In this document: piece by piece, positions 30,319-40,473 of the stretch
How the letters are laid out: the number at the start of each line of letters is the position of its first letter
Numbering within the stretch: position 1 is the stretch's first letter
Assembly (NCBI GenBank): GCA_046758085.1
Contig: JBHHZP010000002.1
Span: 1 to 55,418, forward strand
Length of the DNA stretch: 55,418 nt
From: Acidiferrobacterales bacterium
GTDB taxonomy: Bacteria > Pseudomonadota > Gammaproteobacteria > Acidiferrobacterales > SPGG2
Reading direction: 5' to 3'
Notes under the pieces: model-generated
Told to the model about the DNA's origin: nothing
The model's database searches: none
Seen by the model: the letters and a program-made list of their open reading frames with translations, nothing else
Program-made: the position numbers and the translations under genes

Positions 30319-30540
30319 GCGTACAGCGGTTGGGCGGATATGCGTGGAGTCGCTGGGATTGCGTCATGCGGCCAGAACGCGTAGTTTATGCTCCGGCAGA
30401 GCGCGCTGCTCTGGACAGCGTGAATGTGAGGCAGCTAATCTAGGGGAATGCTGATCCAGGCCTCTGTTGTTTTTTTCTTGTTATTACCGGGAGCACATGA
30501 TTGTTGGCAGGGGATCTCTGCATCTTTGCCAGAACACCCA

Positions 30541-30730
30541 GGGCGAATATTGCATGAACCCACACCGCAGAGCGCAAAGATCGCAAAGCGAACAAATCGT
30601 TAAACACCGACCGCGGCAATCGGCCTGCGGTGCCAAGTATGACACCGTAGCCCATTTGAGATCAGGCCAACACCGCTTGACCTTCCTTTCTCTGCGTGCT
30701 CAGCGGTGAAATATCCGGACTAGCGTGGCG
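30541..30730 (+). repeat. dispersed ~190-nt repeat, copy A
   Basis: Aligns by eye along its length with the reverse complement of 46201-46395. Shared blocks include GCATGAAC.CACACC, GAACAAATCGTTAAAC, TGACACCGTAGCCC, ATCAGGCC and GGTGAAATAT.CGG. Confidence 0.8.
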
Positions 30731-30793
30731 AGGATGCAAAATATTTTATGCGTCACTCAGTAAATTTTAGAACCATGAGATCACGCTGTGGAA

Positions 30794-31936
30794 ATGAAAC
30801 GTAATCCGACCCGAGCCGTTGGCATCGGTTCGGTCACCATCGGCAACGGCAACCCGATCGCGGTGCAGAGCATGTGTGCGACGCGTACTCAGAATGTCGA
30901 TGCGACAGTGGCGCAAATAAACGAGCTGGTCACGGCCGGCGCCGACATAATTCGCATTGCCGTGGATAACCGCAGGGACGTGGCGGCGCTTAGCCATATT
31001 CGCGCGCAGGTACCGGCTAATCTGACGGTCGACCTCCAGGAGAGCTATCGATTGGCGGGCGATGCTGCGCCACATGTCAACAAGATCCGCTATAATCCCG
31101 GACACCTGTACCACCACGAACGCAAGAAACCCTGGCAGGACAAAGTCAGATTCCTGGTCGATGCCGCCGGTGAACATGACTGCGCACTGCGTGTCGGCGT
31201 CAACTGTGGCTCTGTCGATCCAGACAAGGCACAACGGTACGCGGCCGACGATTCGATCTCGCCTATGCTGGAGAGCGCGCTGGAGCACTGCGAGTTGCTC
31301 GACAAACTCGGTTTCACACGCTTCTGTGTCTCGCTTAAGGACTCGGATCCGGCAAAGGTAATCGAAGCGAACAAGCGTTTTGCCGAGGCGCGCCCCGACG
31401 TACCGTTGCACCTGGGCGTGACCGAGGCTGGGCTCCCGCCGGACGGCATCATCAAGACACGCATTGCGTTTGAGCAGCTTATCAGTCGTGGTATCGGCGA
31501 TACTATCCGCGTCTCGCTGACCGTGCCCAACCATCGGAAAGGTGAGGAGATCAGGGCCGGTCGCGAGATCCTGGCGGATATCGCCGCGGGGCGTGTTCGT
31601 AGCGTGGTGGATTACGGCAAGGACACGTTGAACATTATTAGTTGTCCAAGTTGTTCGCGGGTCGAAAACGAGGCCTTCATTGATCTCGCCCAGCAAGTCA
31701 AGGAAATGACGCAATATGCGAACCCGTATGCGCTCACTATCGCGGTCATGGGCTGTCGCGTGAACGGCCCGGGGGAAACCGACGATGCTGACCTGGGCCT
31801 GTGGTGTGGCCCAAAACTCGTGAATCTCAAACGCGGAAGCGAGCCCTTGGGTGCCTACCCGTACGACGAGATCCTTCCCCGGTTGAAGCAGGAACTCGAT
31901 GCCCTGATCGCGAAAAAGACCGCACACAGTGCTTGA
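30794..31936 (+). CDS. ispG: 4-hydroxy-3-methylbut-2-en-1-yl diphosphate synthase
   Basis: [56 protein letters not shown]. Confidence 0.95.
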   Translation: MKRNPTRAVGIGSVTIGNGNPIAVQSMCATRTQNVDATVAQINELVTAGADIIRIAVDNRRDVAALSHIRAQVPANLTVDLQESYRLAGDAAPHVNKIRYNPGHLYHHERKKPWQDKVRFLVDAAGEHDCALRVGVNCGSVDPDKAQRYAADDSISPMLESALEHCELLDKLGFTRFCVSLKDSDPAKVIEANKRFAEARPDVPLHLGVTEAGLPPDGIIKTRIAFEQLISRGIGDTIRVSLTVPNHRKGEEIRAGREILADIAAGRVRSVVDYGKDTLNIISCPSCSRVENEAFIDLAQQVKEMTQYANPYALTIAVMGCRVNGPGETDDADLGLWCGPKLVNLKRGSEPLGAYPYDEILPRLKQELDALIAKKTAHSA

Positions 31937-32175
31937 GTCTACCGTCAACTCCCGCTATGCCGTTGCGGCGTGCGCAAAGGAAGCGAACGGCACGCAAGCA
32001 ACGGGCTAACGCGCACTTCACTTTCCATCATTCGCAGTAATAGCGGTAATACCCGGGTGCCGTTGTCCGGTCCCTATATAACGGGGCCGCGGTGGCAAAG
32101 GAGATCTCTCGCCGCAAGGCGGGCAGGGATGACTAGATTCAGGAGGAAGCATTTTTGATAACTAACGGATCTACG

Positions 32176-32829
32176 ATGGGGGGTATCCCGTCGACCTCGG
32201 TGAAAAGGTGGGTCGCATTGGAACTTGGGCTTTTGCTGCTCTTGACCCCGCTGTTCTTGTACTTTGCCCCCCGCGGTATGGGTCTTTATGCTACGGCCGC
32301 AATCGCGTTTGTGTTGTACGTTGTACTTACCGCGAAGTATACCCGCGACCGGATCTGGGGACCCACGGACAGACCGCGATCCAAACGGCTGCGCTGGTCG
32401 GCCATCACGCTTACCGTTCTGACCGTCCCGCCGCTACTGGCTTTTTTTGCCTGGGGCGCCTGGCAGGGCCACCAGGTCGTGTTCATGAACCTGCTGCTGG
32501 CGCTGGCGCTATATCTGCCCTGGGCGTTGTTACAGCAGACGATCTTTCAGTTTTATCTGCTGGGGCGACTACGCGTATTGCTGCCCTTGTCCCCTTTTGT
32601 CCTGGCGGCGGTCAACGGCGTCGCGTTCGGGCTGGTGCATCTGCCTTATCTGCCGTTGATGCTGCTCGCGATGGTGGCCGGCGTTTTCTGGAGCTACTCC
32701 TATCTGCGTGACCGGGTTGTGTTGCCGATCGCGATATCGCACGCCTTGTTGGGAACGACGTTCTACTATGCCGTCGTTGGGCGTGATTTGCTCGGCGACT
32801 GGTTGGCTATCATGAACGCCGCCGTGTGA
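32176..32829 (+). CDS. CPBP (CAAX protease)-like intramembrane protein with substituted catalytic motif
   Basis: Multi-TM protein. LLQQTIFQFYLLGRL sits where the EExxxR motif is expected. FGLVH and ISHALLG motifs are present. Confidence 0.6.
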   Translation: MGGIPSTSVKRWVALELGLLLLLTPLFLYFAPRGMGLYATAAIAFVLYVVLTAKYTRDRIWGPTDRPRSKRLRWSAITLTVLTVPPLLAFFAWGAWQGHQVVFMNLLLALALYLPWALLQQTIFQFYLLGRLRVLLPLSPFVLAAVNGVAFGLVHLPYLPLMLLAMVAGVFWSYSYLRDRVVLPIAISHALLGTTFYYAVVGRDLLGDWLAIMNAAV

Positions 32830-32856
32830 AGCAGGCGGCATGCGCGGGCTTGCGTC

Positions 32857-34761
32857 TTAGGCGGTTTCGGCGGCAATCGCCTTGGGGACGATCTCGGGGC
32901 GGAACCGCTGTTGAATAGACCGCAGTATGCCGGCAGCATCGAGTCCGGCCTCCGCCAGCATCTCCTCGCGTGTCCCGGTCTCGATCAAGCTGTCGGGCAA
33001 CCCCAGATTCAATACCGGCACCAGCTTCGAGTGTGCCGCCAGGCATTCGTTCACGGCACCGCCCGCGCCGCCTGGGACGACATTGTCCTCAATCGTGACA
33101 AGTCCAGCATGCGTGTCCGCGAGCTGGAGGACCAATTCCTCATCCAGCGGTTTGACGAAACGCATATTGATCACCGTTGCATCGAGTTCCTCGGCGGCCT
33201 CCATTGCCGGGGCGACCATCGCGCCAAACGCCAGCACTGCGATCTCCTTGCCGTTGCGGCGCGGCTCGGCCTTGCCGATCGGCAATGTCTTCATGGTTTT
33301 CTTGACGGCGACACCGGGGCCTTTGCCACGTGGATAACGTACCGCTGCCGGCTGATTGAGCTGGAAGCCGGTATAGAGCATCTGCCGGCATTCGTTCTCA
33401 TCGGCCGGAGCCATGATCACCATCCCGGGCAGGCAACGCAGATAGCTCAAATCGTAACTGCCATTGTGGGTCGCGCCATCGGGTCCGACTACGCCGGCGC
33501 GATCGATGGCGAACAGCACTGGCAAATCCTGCACCATCACGTCGTGGATCAGCTGATCGTAGGCGCGCTGCAGGAAGGTAGAGTAGATTGCCACCACCGG
33601 CTTCAGACCGTCCGCTGCCACGCCGGCGGCAAACGTGACGCTGTGTTGCTCGGCTATACCGACATCGAAATAGCGATCTGGGTACTGTTTCTGGAACTGC
33701 ACCAGACCCGATCCTTCGCACATCGCCGGTGTGATTCCGATCAAGCGCTCATCGCGTCTGGCCATGTCGCACAGCCATTCGCCAAACACCTGCGTGTAGG
33801 TCGGCCCCCCCTTGGACTTCGAAGGCACGATACCGACATTGGGATCAAACGGGGAGACACCGTGGTATTTCACCGGATCCGCCTCGGCAAGCGCATAGCC
33901 TTTGCCCTTGCGCGTGACCACGTGCAGCAGCCGCGGTCCTTGCAACGAACGCAGGTTCTTGAGCGTTTTCACCAGGGTCGGCAGATCGTGGCCATCGATC
34001 GGTCCAAAGTAGTCGAAGCCCAGCTCTTCGAAAAACGTCCCGGGAACGACCATACCCTTCATATGCAACGAGGTACGGTGCGCAAGCTCCCACACGGGTG
34101 GAATGTGGCGCAGCACCTTGTCGCCGCTCTCACGCATGGTCCGGTAAAACTTGCCGGAGAGTACGCGCGCCAGATACTTGGACAGGGCGGCCACATTAGG
34201 GGAGATAGACATGTCGTTGTGGTTCAGCACCACGAGCACATCTGATTTGAGGTCGCCCGCGTGATCGAGCGCCTCGTAGGCCAGGCCTGCCGTCATGCCG
34301 CCATCACCGATGATGGCGACTGCCTTACGGTCACTGCCCTCGCGCGCTGCCGCCACGGCCATGCCCAAGGCCGCACTGATGGAAGTGCTGGAGTGGCCTG
34401 CGCCGAATGCGTCATACGGGCTTTCGCTACGACGCAGGAACGGCGCCAGGCCGTCCTTCTGGCGAATGGTGCTCATGCGATCGCGCCGTCCCGTCAGGAT
34501 TTTGTGCGGATAAGCCTGGTGGCCCACATCCCACACCAGCCGGTCGTCCGGCGTGTTGAAGACGTAGTGCAGCGCGATCGTCAGCTCGATCGTACCGAGC
34601 CCGGCGCCGAGGTGTCCGCCGCATTGCGCTATTGAATGAATCAGGTAATCACGCACCTCCTTGGCGAGCGGCTCGAGCTCGGATTCCGGCAACCGGCGCA
34701 GGTCCTCCGGCAGGTCTATGGACTCGAGGATCGTGTAGGCGGTTTGGCGGCTCATGTCCAT
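32857..34761 (-). CDS. dxs: 1-deoxy-D-xylulose-5-phosphate synthase
   Basis: [64 protein letters not shown]. Confidence 0.95.
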   Translation of the reverse strand: MDMSRQTAYTILESIDLPEDLRRLPESELEPLAKEVRDYLIHSIAQCGGHLGAGLGTIELTIALHYVFNTPDDRLVWDVGHQAYPHKILTGRRDRMSTIRQKDGLAPFLRRSESPYDAFGAGHSSTSISAALGMAVAAAREGSDRKAVAIIGDGGMTAGLAYEALDHAGDLKSDVLVVLNHNDMSISPNVAALSKYLARVLSGKFYRTMRESGDKVLRHIPPVWELAHRTSLHMKGMVVPGTFFEELGFDYFGPIDGHDLPTLVKTLKNLRSLQGPRLLHVVTRKGKGYALAEADPVKYHGVSPFDPNVGIVPSKSKGGPTYTQVFGEWLCDMARRDERLIGITPAMCEGSGLVQFQKQYPDRYFDVGIAEQHSVTFAAGVAADGLKPVVAIYSTFLQRAYDQLIHDVMVQDLPVLFAIDRAGVVGPDGATHNGSYDLSYLRCLPGMVIMAPADENECRQMLYTGFQLNQPAAVRYPRGKGPGVAVKKTMKTLPIGKAEPRRNGKEIAVLAFGAMVAPAMEAAEELDATVINMRFVKPLDEELVLQLADTHAGLVTIEDNVVPGGAGGAVNECLAAHSKLVPVLNLGLPDSLIETGTREEMLAEAGLDAAGILRSIQQRFRPEIVPKAIAAETA

Positions 34762-35627
34762 GATATCAGATGGATGTAGGGGTTATACGCGAGCGGCGCA
34801 CGATTAAGACTCGCGGAACCAATGCACAGCGCGCCTTGTTTGCCTGCAGAACAGCTAACGTGCGAGAGCAGTTCCCGAAATCTGTCTGACGGTCGTTGAC
34901 CCGCCGGTGTCCAGTTTTCCTCACCGCTTCCTCCTAGCCTTGGCCCTGTCCCCGGTTCGAGTAATCTTCTATGTTAGGAATTAGAAGTATTACAGATCTT
35001 GCTGGGTAGTGCCACGAAGCGCGTGGCTTTTGTCCCCCGGGCGATGCCACTCTCAGCGCCGCGGGGCAGGCCGCCCCGAACTCGCCACCGCGACCGGCGA
35101 ATAGCCGGCTCGCCGCGCAAAGAATGTCGTCTAATCTATAGGACCGCCAAATACCCTGCTCTATTTCCAGCCGGGCGCCCGGGCGTCATCCTCGGGCAGT
35201 CAACGGATCTCACACGCGGTCGAGCAAGGTCTGTGGCGCCGTACATTCGCGTGAAGCGGCGAAGCTATTTTCCATAAAAAAAGTATGTGTTTTGTCTACC
35301 TGCCACAGGTTGCTACAAGTGTTGGAATCGTGGAACGCACGCGCATCAGGCGTGTCATTCATACCAATGCGTGCATGAGCGCACATCCGTGCGACCCACG
35401 GGCCGGCGACGAGGGGCGCTGTGCCGCGCGAGCAAGATGGCTTATCGGCGTTAGCGGCTAACCTGGCAGCTTGCGTCCCGGGCACTGGACATTTCGTTCA
35501 CCGATGTGTACGTTCGATTTGCCCGGACGCACGAGTACGGCGTTCGCGCGATGTGACGCTCGCTATACTTGCTGAATTCGTGGAAACCGCTTCAATCCGA
35601 CCATAAAAAGGAATCTGTCATACATCC

Positions 35628-36752
35628 ATGGGTGTACCACTAATTCAACAATACCGGGTGGGTCGCTATATTCTCGCTCAGAAGTTGCGCGGCGTGCGCC
35701 GCTACCCGCTCGTGCTCATGCTGGAACCGCTGTTTCAGTGCAACCTGGCCTGCGCGGGATGCGGGAAGATCGATTACCCTAAGCCGATTCTGCAAAAGCG
35801 CTTGAGCGTGGAGGAGTGCCTGGCGGCAGTCGATGAGTGCGGGGCGCCGATCGTGTCCATACCCGGCGGTGAGCCGCTCATCCACAAAGGAATCACGCAA
35901 ATCGTCGAGGGTATCATCGCCCGCAAGAAGTTCGTGTACCTGTGCACCAATGCCTTGCTGCTGAAGCGGCGAATCGATGAATTTACACCCTCGCCATACC
36001 TGACGTTCTCGGTCCATCTCGATGGCAACCGCGACCGCCACGATGCATCGGTATGCCGCCACGGGGTGTTCGACAAGGTGATTGAGGTCGTAAAGCTGGC
36101 GCTCGGTAAAGGCTTTCGCGTGACATTGAATTGTACGTTGTTCCAGGGCGAGTCGGCAGAGGAAATTGCGGAGTTTCTGGATTATGCGCGCGACCTCGGC
36201 GTCGAAGGCGTGACCATCTCCCCGGGCTACAGTTACGAGCACGCGCCGCAGCAGGATGTTTTTCTGCAGCGTGCCGGTAGCAAGCAGCTCTTCCGTGACA
36301 TTTTCAAGCGTGGCAAGGGCCGTAAATGGCGGTTTAATCAGTCGGCGCTGTTTCTGGATTTCCTTGCCGGAAACCAGACCTACGAATGCACCCCGTGGGG
36401 TAACCCCACGCGCAATATCTTTGGCTGGCAAAAGCCGTGTTATCTCTTGGTCGATGAGGGCTATACGTCAAGCTTCAAGGAACTCATCGAGCACACCGAC
36501 TGGGAGCGCTACGGCACCGGGCGCCATCCCAAATGCGCGAACTGCATGGTGCACTGTGGCTACGAGCCAACTGCTGTCAACGATACCTTTGCGCATCCGT
36601 TAAAGGCGCTGAAGATATTCCTGCGCGGACCGCGCACCGAGGGACCGATGGCACCGGAGCTGCCAATCACCTACCCGGACCCACCGCCGGGAGCGGCCAT
36701 CAAGTTTGACAGCAAAGACGGCGAATCCGCAGGCGAGGAACGCGCCGCTTAG
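35628..36752 (+). CDS. hpnH: adenosyl-hopene transferase (radical SAM)
   Basis: YPLVLMLEPLFQCNLACAGCGKIDYP radical-SAM CxxxCxxC motif. Length and context are hopanoid-typical. Confidence 0.85.
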   Translation: MGVPLIQQYRVGRYILAQKLRGVRRYPLVLMLEPLFQCNLACAGCGKIDYPKPILQKRLSVEECLAAVDECGAPIVSIPGGEPLIHKGITQIVEGIIARKKFVYLCTNALLLKRRIDEFTPSPYLTFSVHLDGNRDRHDASVCRHGVFDKVIEVVKLALGKGFRVTLNCTLFQGESAEEIAEFLDYARDLGVEGVTISPGYSYEHAPQQDVFLQRAGSKQLFRDIFKRGKGRKWRFNQSALFLDFLAGNQTYECTPWGNPTRNIFGWQKPCYLLVDEGYTSSFKELIEHTDWERYGTGRHPKCANCMVHCGYEPTAVNDTFAHPLKALKIFLRGPRTEGPMAPELPITYPDPPPGAAIKFDSKDGESAGEERAA

Positions 36753-37892
36753 ATGGCTTGGCTATTCCTGGCCCTCCCCGGGGCCATCGTGTGGGTTTCC
36801 ATTCTGATCCTCCCGTGGCGCCCATGGCGGGTGCGCGAGCTGTTGGACGCCGAGTCTCCGACACCGAACGCCGATCTCGGCGATGTCACCGTGCTCATCC
36901 CCGCCCGCAACGAGGCTGCGTTGATCGGCCAAGCGCTTGCTGCGCTCGATGCACAGGGGCAAAACCTCAGGATTGTGCTCGTGGACGATGAATCTAGCGA
37001 TGGCACGAGTGAGGCCGCACGCGCCGCGGCTGGGCACGGCCTGTGTGTCGTGAACGGGCGGCCTTTACCTGCCGGGTGGACCGGCAAGCTGTGGGCGCTG
37101 GAGCAGGGGCGGGTGCACGCGAGCCGCCCGTTCACTCTGTTGATCGACGCAGACATCGCCTTGCAGCCGGGCATCCTCGTGCGGTTGCGAGACAAGATGG
37201 CGCATGATGGCTTGGGGCTCGCGTCCTTGATGGCGGCGCTGCGCATGAAAACGACGTGGGAGAAACTGCTAATGCCCGCGTTCGTGTATTTCTTCAAGCT
37301 GCTTTATCCCTTTCGACTGTCCAACGACCCGCGCCGGCACAGGGTCGCAGCGGCCGCCGGCGGCTGCGTGCTGTTGCACACACAAGTCCTCGACGAGCTC
37401 GGCGGATTTGGCGCGCTGCGAGATGCGCTTATCGATGATTGTGCACTTGCACGACAGGTCAAAGCGCGCGGCTACAAGACCTGGGTGGGCCTGAGCCATT
37501 CGGTGCACAGTGTTCGGGCCTACGACGATCTCGGCGCGATCTGGAACATGGTGGCCCGTTCAGCCTTCACGCAACTGCGCTACTCGATCGGCTTGCTGCT
37601 GGGTTGCACGACACTCTTCGCCGCAGCATTCTGGCTGCCGCTGGGTGGCCTGCTGGCGCCTAGCCTTTCGGCACGGACGTTATCGGCATTGGCGCTAGGG
37701 GCGATGATGGCGAGCTTTCTGCCGACCCTGAAGTTCTACCGGCGATCGCCACTGTGGGCGCTCGCGTTGCCAGTTACCGCCACGCTTTATCTCGCCATGA
37801 CGTGGACCTCGGCGCTGCGCTATTGGCACGGACGGGGTTCTCAATGGAAAGGGCGCGTCTACGGTAAAGACTTGGGATCACGGGCCGGCTGA
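36753..37892 (+). CDS. family-2 glycosyltransferase, hopanoid-associated (HpnB-like)
   Basis: VTVLIPARNE, VLVDDESSDGT, PLPAGWTGKLWALEQG, with TM segments at both ends. Starts one nt after the hpnH stop. Confidence 0.75.
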   Translation: MAWLFLALPGAIVWVSILILPWRPWRVRELLDAESPTPNADLGDVTVLIPARNEAALIGQALAALDAQGQNLRIVLVDDESSDGTSEAARAAAGHGLCVVNGRPLPAGWTGKLWALEQGRVHASRPFTLLIDADIALQPGILVRLRDKMAHDGLGLASLMAALRMKTTWEKLLMPAFVYFFKLLYPFRLSNDPRRHRVAAAAGGCVLLHTQVLDELGGFGALRDALIDDCALARQVKARGYKTWVGLSHSVHSVRAYDDLGAIWNMVARSAFTQLRYSIGLLLGCTTLFAAAFWLPLGGLLAPSLSARTLSALALGAMMASFLPTLKFYRRSPLWALALPVTATLYLAMTWTSALRYWHGRGSQWKGRVYGKDLGSRAG

Positions 37893-37997
37893 CGTGGGCA
37901 TGAACGCGGTTCGTCGTCCGGGGAATGTCTTTTGTCGGATAGGGATCTTTGTGGCGGCACTTTCGCAGGCTTGTAAGGATTGGAATTACTGACAGGT

Positions 37998-38012
37998 CTG
38001 TATGTCATACAG
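37998..38012. promoter_or_regulatory. operator-like palindrome CTGTATG-T-CATACAG
   Basis: Perfect 7-bp arms in an AT-rich stretch, about 100 nt upstream of hydrolase paralogue 1. Confidence 0.4.
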
Positions 38013-38113
38013 TAAAATAGATCGAAGTTCCTGAAAATCTAATAACTTAACGCTGGTTGTAACGGCCGGGCGGATTTCCGGTTGGCGGTCTTCAAATAAG
38101 AGGAGTTGAAAAC

Positions 38114-39151
38114 GTGTTACCGGTACCAAAACGTTTGGTGAGGTTTTTGTTAGCCGCATTGCTGGCGGGTTGGGGCGGCAGTTTGTCGCTTGCCCAGGCG
38201 ACCGACACTGCGCAGCTCGCATCGCTGGCGCCGTCTCAGCTGCACCTAGGTTTCGACTACGAGAAGTTCATCATCAATCCGAATTCTTACATAGACCGGG
38301 AGCGCGAGACCAAGCACTACATCGTACAGTCCCTGTCTTTTCCCTCCATCGGTGACAACGGTCAGGAAGGCAATCTCGTCACTGCACTGTACTACCAGAG
38401 CAAGCGGCCGGGCAAGAAAAAGCTGATTGTGGTCCTGCCTATCTGGGGTACCCATACCTATCCGTCGCGCAAGATCACCGAGAGCCTGATGCATTACAGC
38501 GATGGGGAGATGAACATCTTGCGCATACTGGGCAAGAACTATCTCTTCGACTGGGACACCATGAGCGCGATATCGAGCGAGCAGGAGCTTATCGCCGTGT
38601 CCCGGCAAATGGTCGAGCGCGTGCGCACGCACGTCAAGGACATCCGCCGCGCCGTCGATTGGGCCGAGTCTCAACCGGATGTCGATCCGGGCCGCATCGG
38701 TCTCATCGGATTCAGCCTGGCTGCGACCGTCGCAAGCCTAGTGGTGGAAAACGAACCGCGGATCGGAGCGGGGGTTCTGGCGATGGGTGGCGCCAATATC
38801 AACGAGATGTTTGCCACCTGCTTTGGCCGCGCGGAAGAAACACGTGAGGTCATCACCAAGCGCCTGGGCTGGACGCGAGAGACCTTCGAGCGCAAGCTTG
38901 CGCAACCGCTGGCACCGATCAACCCGGTGAGTTTTGCCGGTCAGGCCAACCCGGACCGGATCATCATGTTTGATGCGAGGTACGACACCTGCATGCCCAG
39001 GACCAGCCGGGAAGCGCTGTGGCAGGCGCTGGGTCAGCCGCAACGCATCACCTGGCCCTATAATCACAAGATGGCCTTTCTCACCATGACGTTTCTGGGC
39101 GGGAACACTATGCGGCGCAAGATCTATCAGTTCCTGGACGAGACGCTCTAG
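38114..39151 (+). CDS. exported alpha/beta-hydrolase-fold protein, paralogue 1
   Basis: GTG start with AGGAG 8 nt upstream. Signal-like N-terminus. GFSLA nucleophile-elbow-like motif, with later DARYDTC and YNHKM. Strongly similar to the ORF at 40474-41562. Confidence 0.8.
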   Translation: MLPVPKRLVRFLLAALLAGWGGSLSLAQATDTAQLASLAPSQLHLGFDYEKFIINPNSYIDRERETKHYIVQSLSFPSIGDNGQEGNLVTALYYQSKRPGKKKLIVVLPIWGTHTYPSRKITESLMHYSDGEMNILRILGKNYLFDWDTMSAISSEQELIAVSRQMVERVRTHVKDIRRAVDWAESQPDVDPGRIGLIGFSLAATVASLVVENEPRIGAGVLAMGGANINEMFATCFGRAEETREVITKRLGWTRETFERKLAQPLAPINPVSFAGQANPDRIIMFDARYDTCMPRTSREALWQALGQPQRITWPYNHKMAFLTMTFLGGNTMRRKIYQFLDETL

Positions 39152-39213
39152 CGGATGCTGAGACCGGATGCGCTCGCCTTGGCCCGCGCGCCGGTGACAG
39201 TGATTGTGTTACG

Positions 39214-40305
39214 ATGCAAAAGCCAGACACAAAAGCAGAAAGCGCGCGCGCCGACGAACAATATCAACGGCACGTCCTCCAGGGTGTCTCCCGCACCTTC
39301 GCCCTGACGATCCCGCAGCTGCCTCCCGGCCTGCGCCGGGTCGTGGGTAACGCGTACCTGCTGTGTCGCATCGCGGACACGATTGAAGACGAGCCCGCGC
39401 TTAGCGCCGAGCAGAAGCGTCGCTTCTCCCAACAGTTTATCGATGCCGTCGACGCCAAGCTGTCCGCCGAGCGTTTTGCCTCCGAGCTGTCCCTCCTGCT
39501 TACCGAAAGCACGCTTCCAGCAGAACGCGAATTGATCGAGAACACGCCGCGCGTGCTGCGCTTGACCCACAGCTTTACTGCCAACCAGCGCGATATACTC
39601 GCTCGCGCGGTGGCCATCATGGCCAAGGGCATGTCGGTGTTCCAGGCGAATAAAGACATCGATGGGCTCAAGGATCTGCCCCAGCTAGACAGCTACTGTT
39701 ACTACGTCGCCGGGGTAGTCGGTGAGATGTTGACCGAGCTTTTTTGCGATTACTCGTGCGAGATCGACCGAAACCGGGATGCGATGATGAAGCTGGCCGT
39801 GTCTTTTGGTCAGGGGTTGCAGATGACCAACATCCTCAAGGACATCTGGGAAGACCGCATGCGCGGGGCATGCTGGTTACCGCAGGATGTGTTCAAGCAG
39901 GCGCGCTTCGACCTGAAAGATCTGTCGAAGGACGAGCATGGCGAGTCCTTCGAGGAGGGGCTGGAGCAGTTGATCGGTATCGCGCGCACACACCTCGAGA
40001 ACGCGTTGTCCTACACTTTAATGATTCCGCGCAGCGAAAAGGGCATCCGGCGTTTTTGCCTGTGGGCGTTGGGCATGGCGGTGCTTACCCTGCGAAAGAT
40101 CAACCGCAACCGCGATTTTACGACGGGCAATGAAGTGAAGATCTCGCGCCGCAGCGTGCGCGCGACGATCGCGGCGACCAATATGCTGGTGAGTAACGAT
40201 CGGCTGTTGAAGCTTTTGTTCGATGTCACCACGCACGGATTGCCGCCATCGTCTCCCCGCCCGATCCCCGAGTCGCGCCGCTTCCGCCCGTACTCGATCA
40301 ACTAG
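39214..40305 (+). CDS. sqs: squalene synthase (single-enzyme Sqs type)
   Basis: VSRTFALTIPQLP, YLLCRIADTIEDE (DTxED), YCYYVAGVVGEMLTELF, GQGLQMTNILKDIWEDRMRGACWLPQDVF. Confidence 0.8.
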   Translation: MQKPDTKAESARADEQYQRHVLQGVSRTFALTIPQLPPGLRRVVGNAYLLCRIADTIEDEPALSAEQKRRFSQQFIDAVDAKLSAERFASELSLLLTESTLPAERELIENTPRVLRLTHSFTANQRDILARAVAIMAKGMSVFQANKDIDGLKDLPQLDSYCYYVAGVVGEMLTELFCDYSCEIDRNRDAMMKLAVSFGQGLQMTNILKDIWEDRMRGACWLPQDVFKQARFDLKDLSKDEHGESFEEGLEQLIGIARTHLENALSYTLMIPRSEKGIRRFCLWALGMAVLTLRKINRNRDFTTGNEVKISRRSVRATIAATNMLVSNDRLLKLLFDVTTHGLPPSSPRPIPESRRFRPYSIN

Positions 40306-40473
40306 TCCATTAAGGAGCTTGCCCCTGCGCGCATGCATGACTGTCTTGACCGGGATCGTCGCCGCGCCCCGTGACGCGCACCCCGCCCATGCCGGTGCGG
40401 GGCGCAAGATTCTGCACCGCAGCAAAAGGCCTGCTACACTTCTTGCACGTAACATAACTCCTTAACAAACTCG

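Noticed and set aside
30440-30655. Small ORFs inside the dispersed repeat: 71 aa here, 46123-46371 in copy B, 25375-25617 in copy C. They share FNDLF.LRSL-like peptides.
   Set aside because: The peptide similarity follows from nucleotide identity. Substitutions between the copies are not synonymous-biased (GATVSHFARGAAYHGRW against GYGVILGTAGRLPRSV). The stop codon position differs and the starts are not conserved. Both indels are multiples of 3, which is noted, but two events are insufficient evidence.
30767-31948. 393-aa ORF on the - strand
   Set aside because: It is antisense to ispG across the full length and has no recognisable motifs. It is a GC-rich shadow ORF.
32911-34245. 444-aa ORF on the + strand
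   Set aside because: It lies entirely antisense to dxs, whose product has unmistakable DXS motifs. The antisense translation is Arg/His/Gly-rich and unprotein-like. Long stop-free antisense frames are expected in GC-rich genes.
34999-35485. Two overlapping ORFs (92 aa on +, 91 aa on -) in the dxs-hpnH spacer
   Set aside because: They are low-complexity Arg/Ala/Pro-rich translations that overlap each other. There is no RBS and no recognisable domain.
37998-38012. CTGTATGTCATACAG as a canonical LexA SOS box
   Set aside because: The palindrome is 15 nt (CTG-N9-CAG), whereas the gammaproteobacterial box is 16 nt (CTG-N10-CAG), and recA itself shows no such box. It is kept only as a generic operator candidate.
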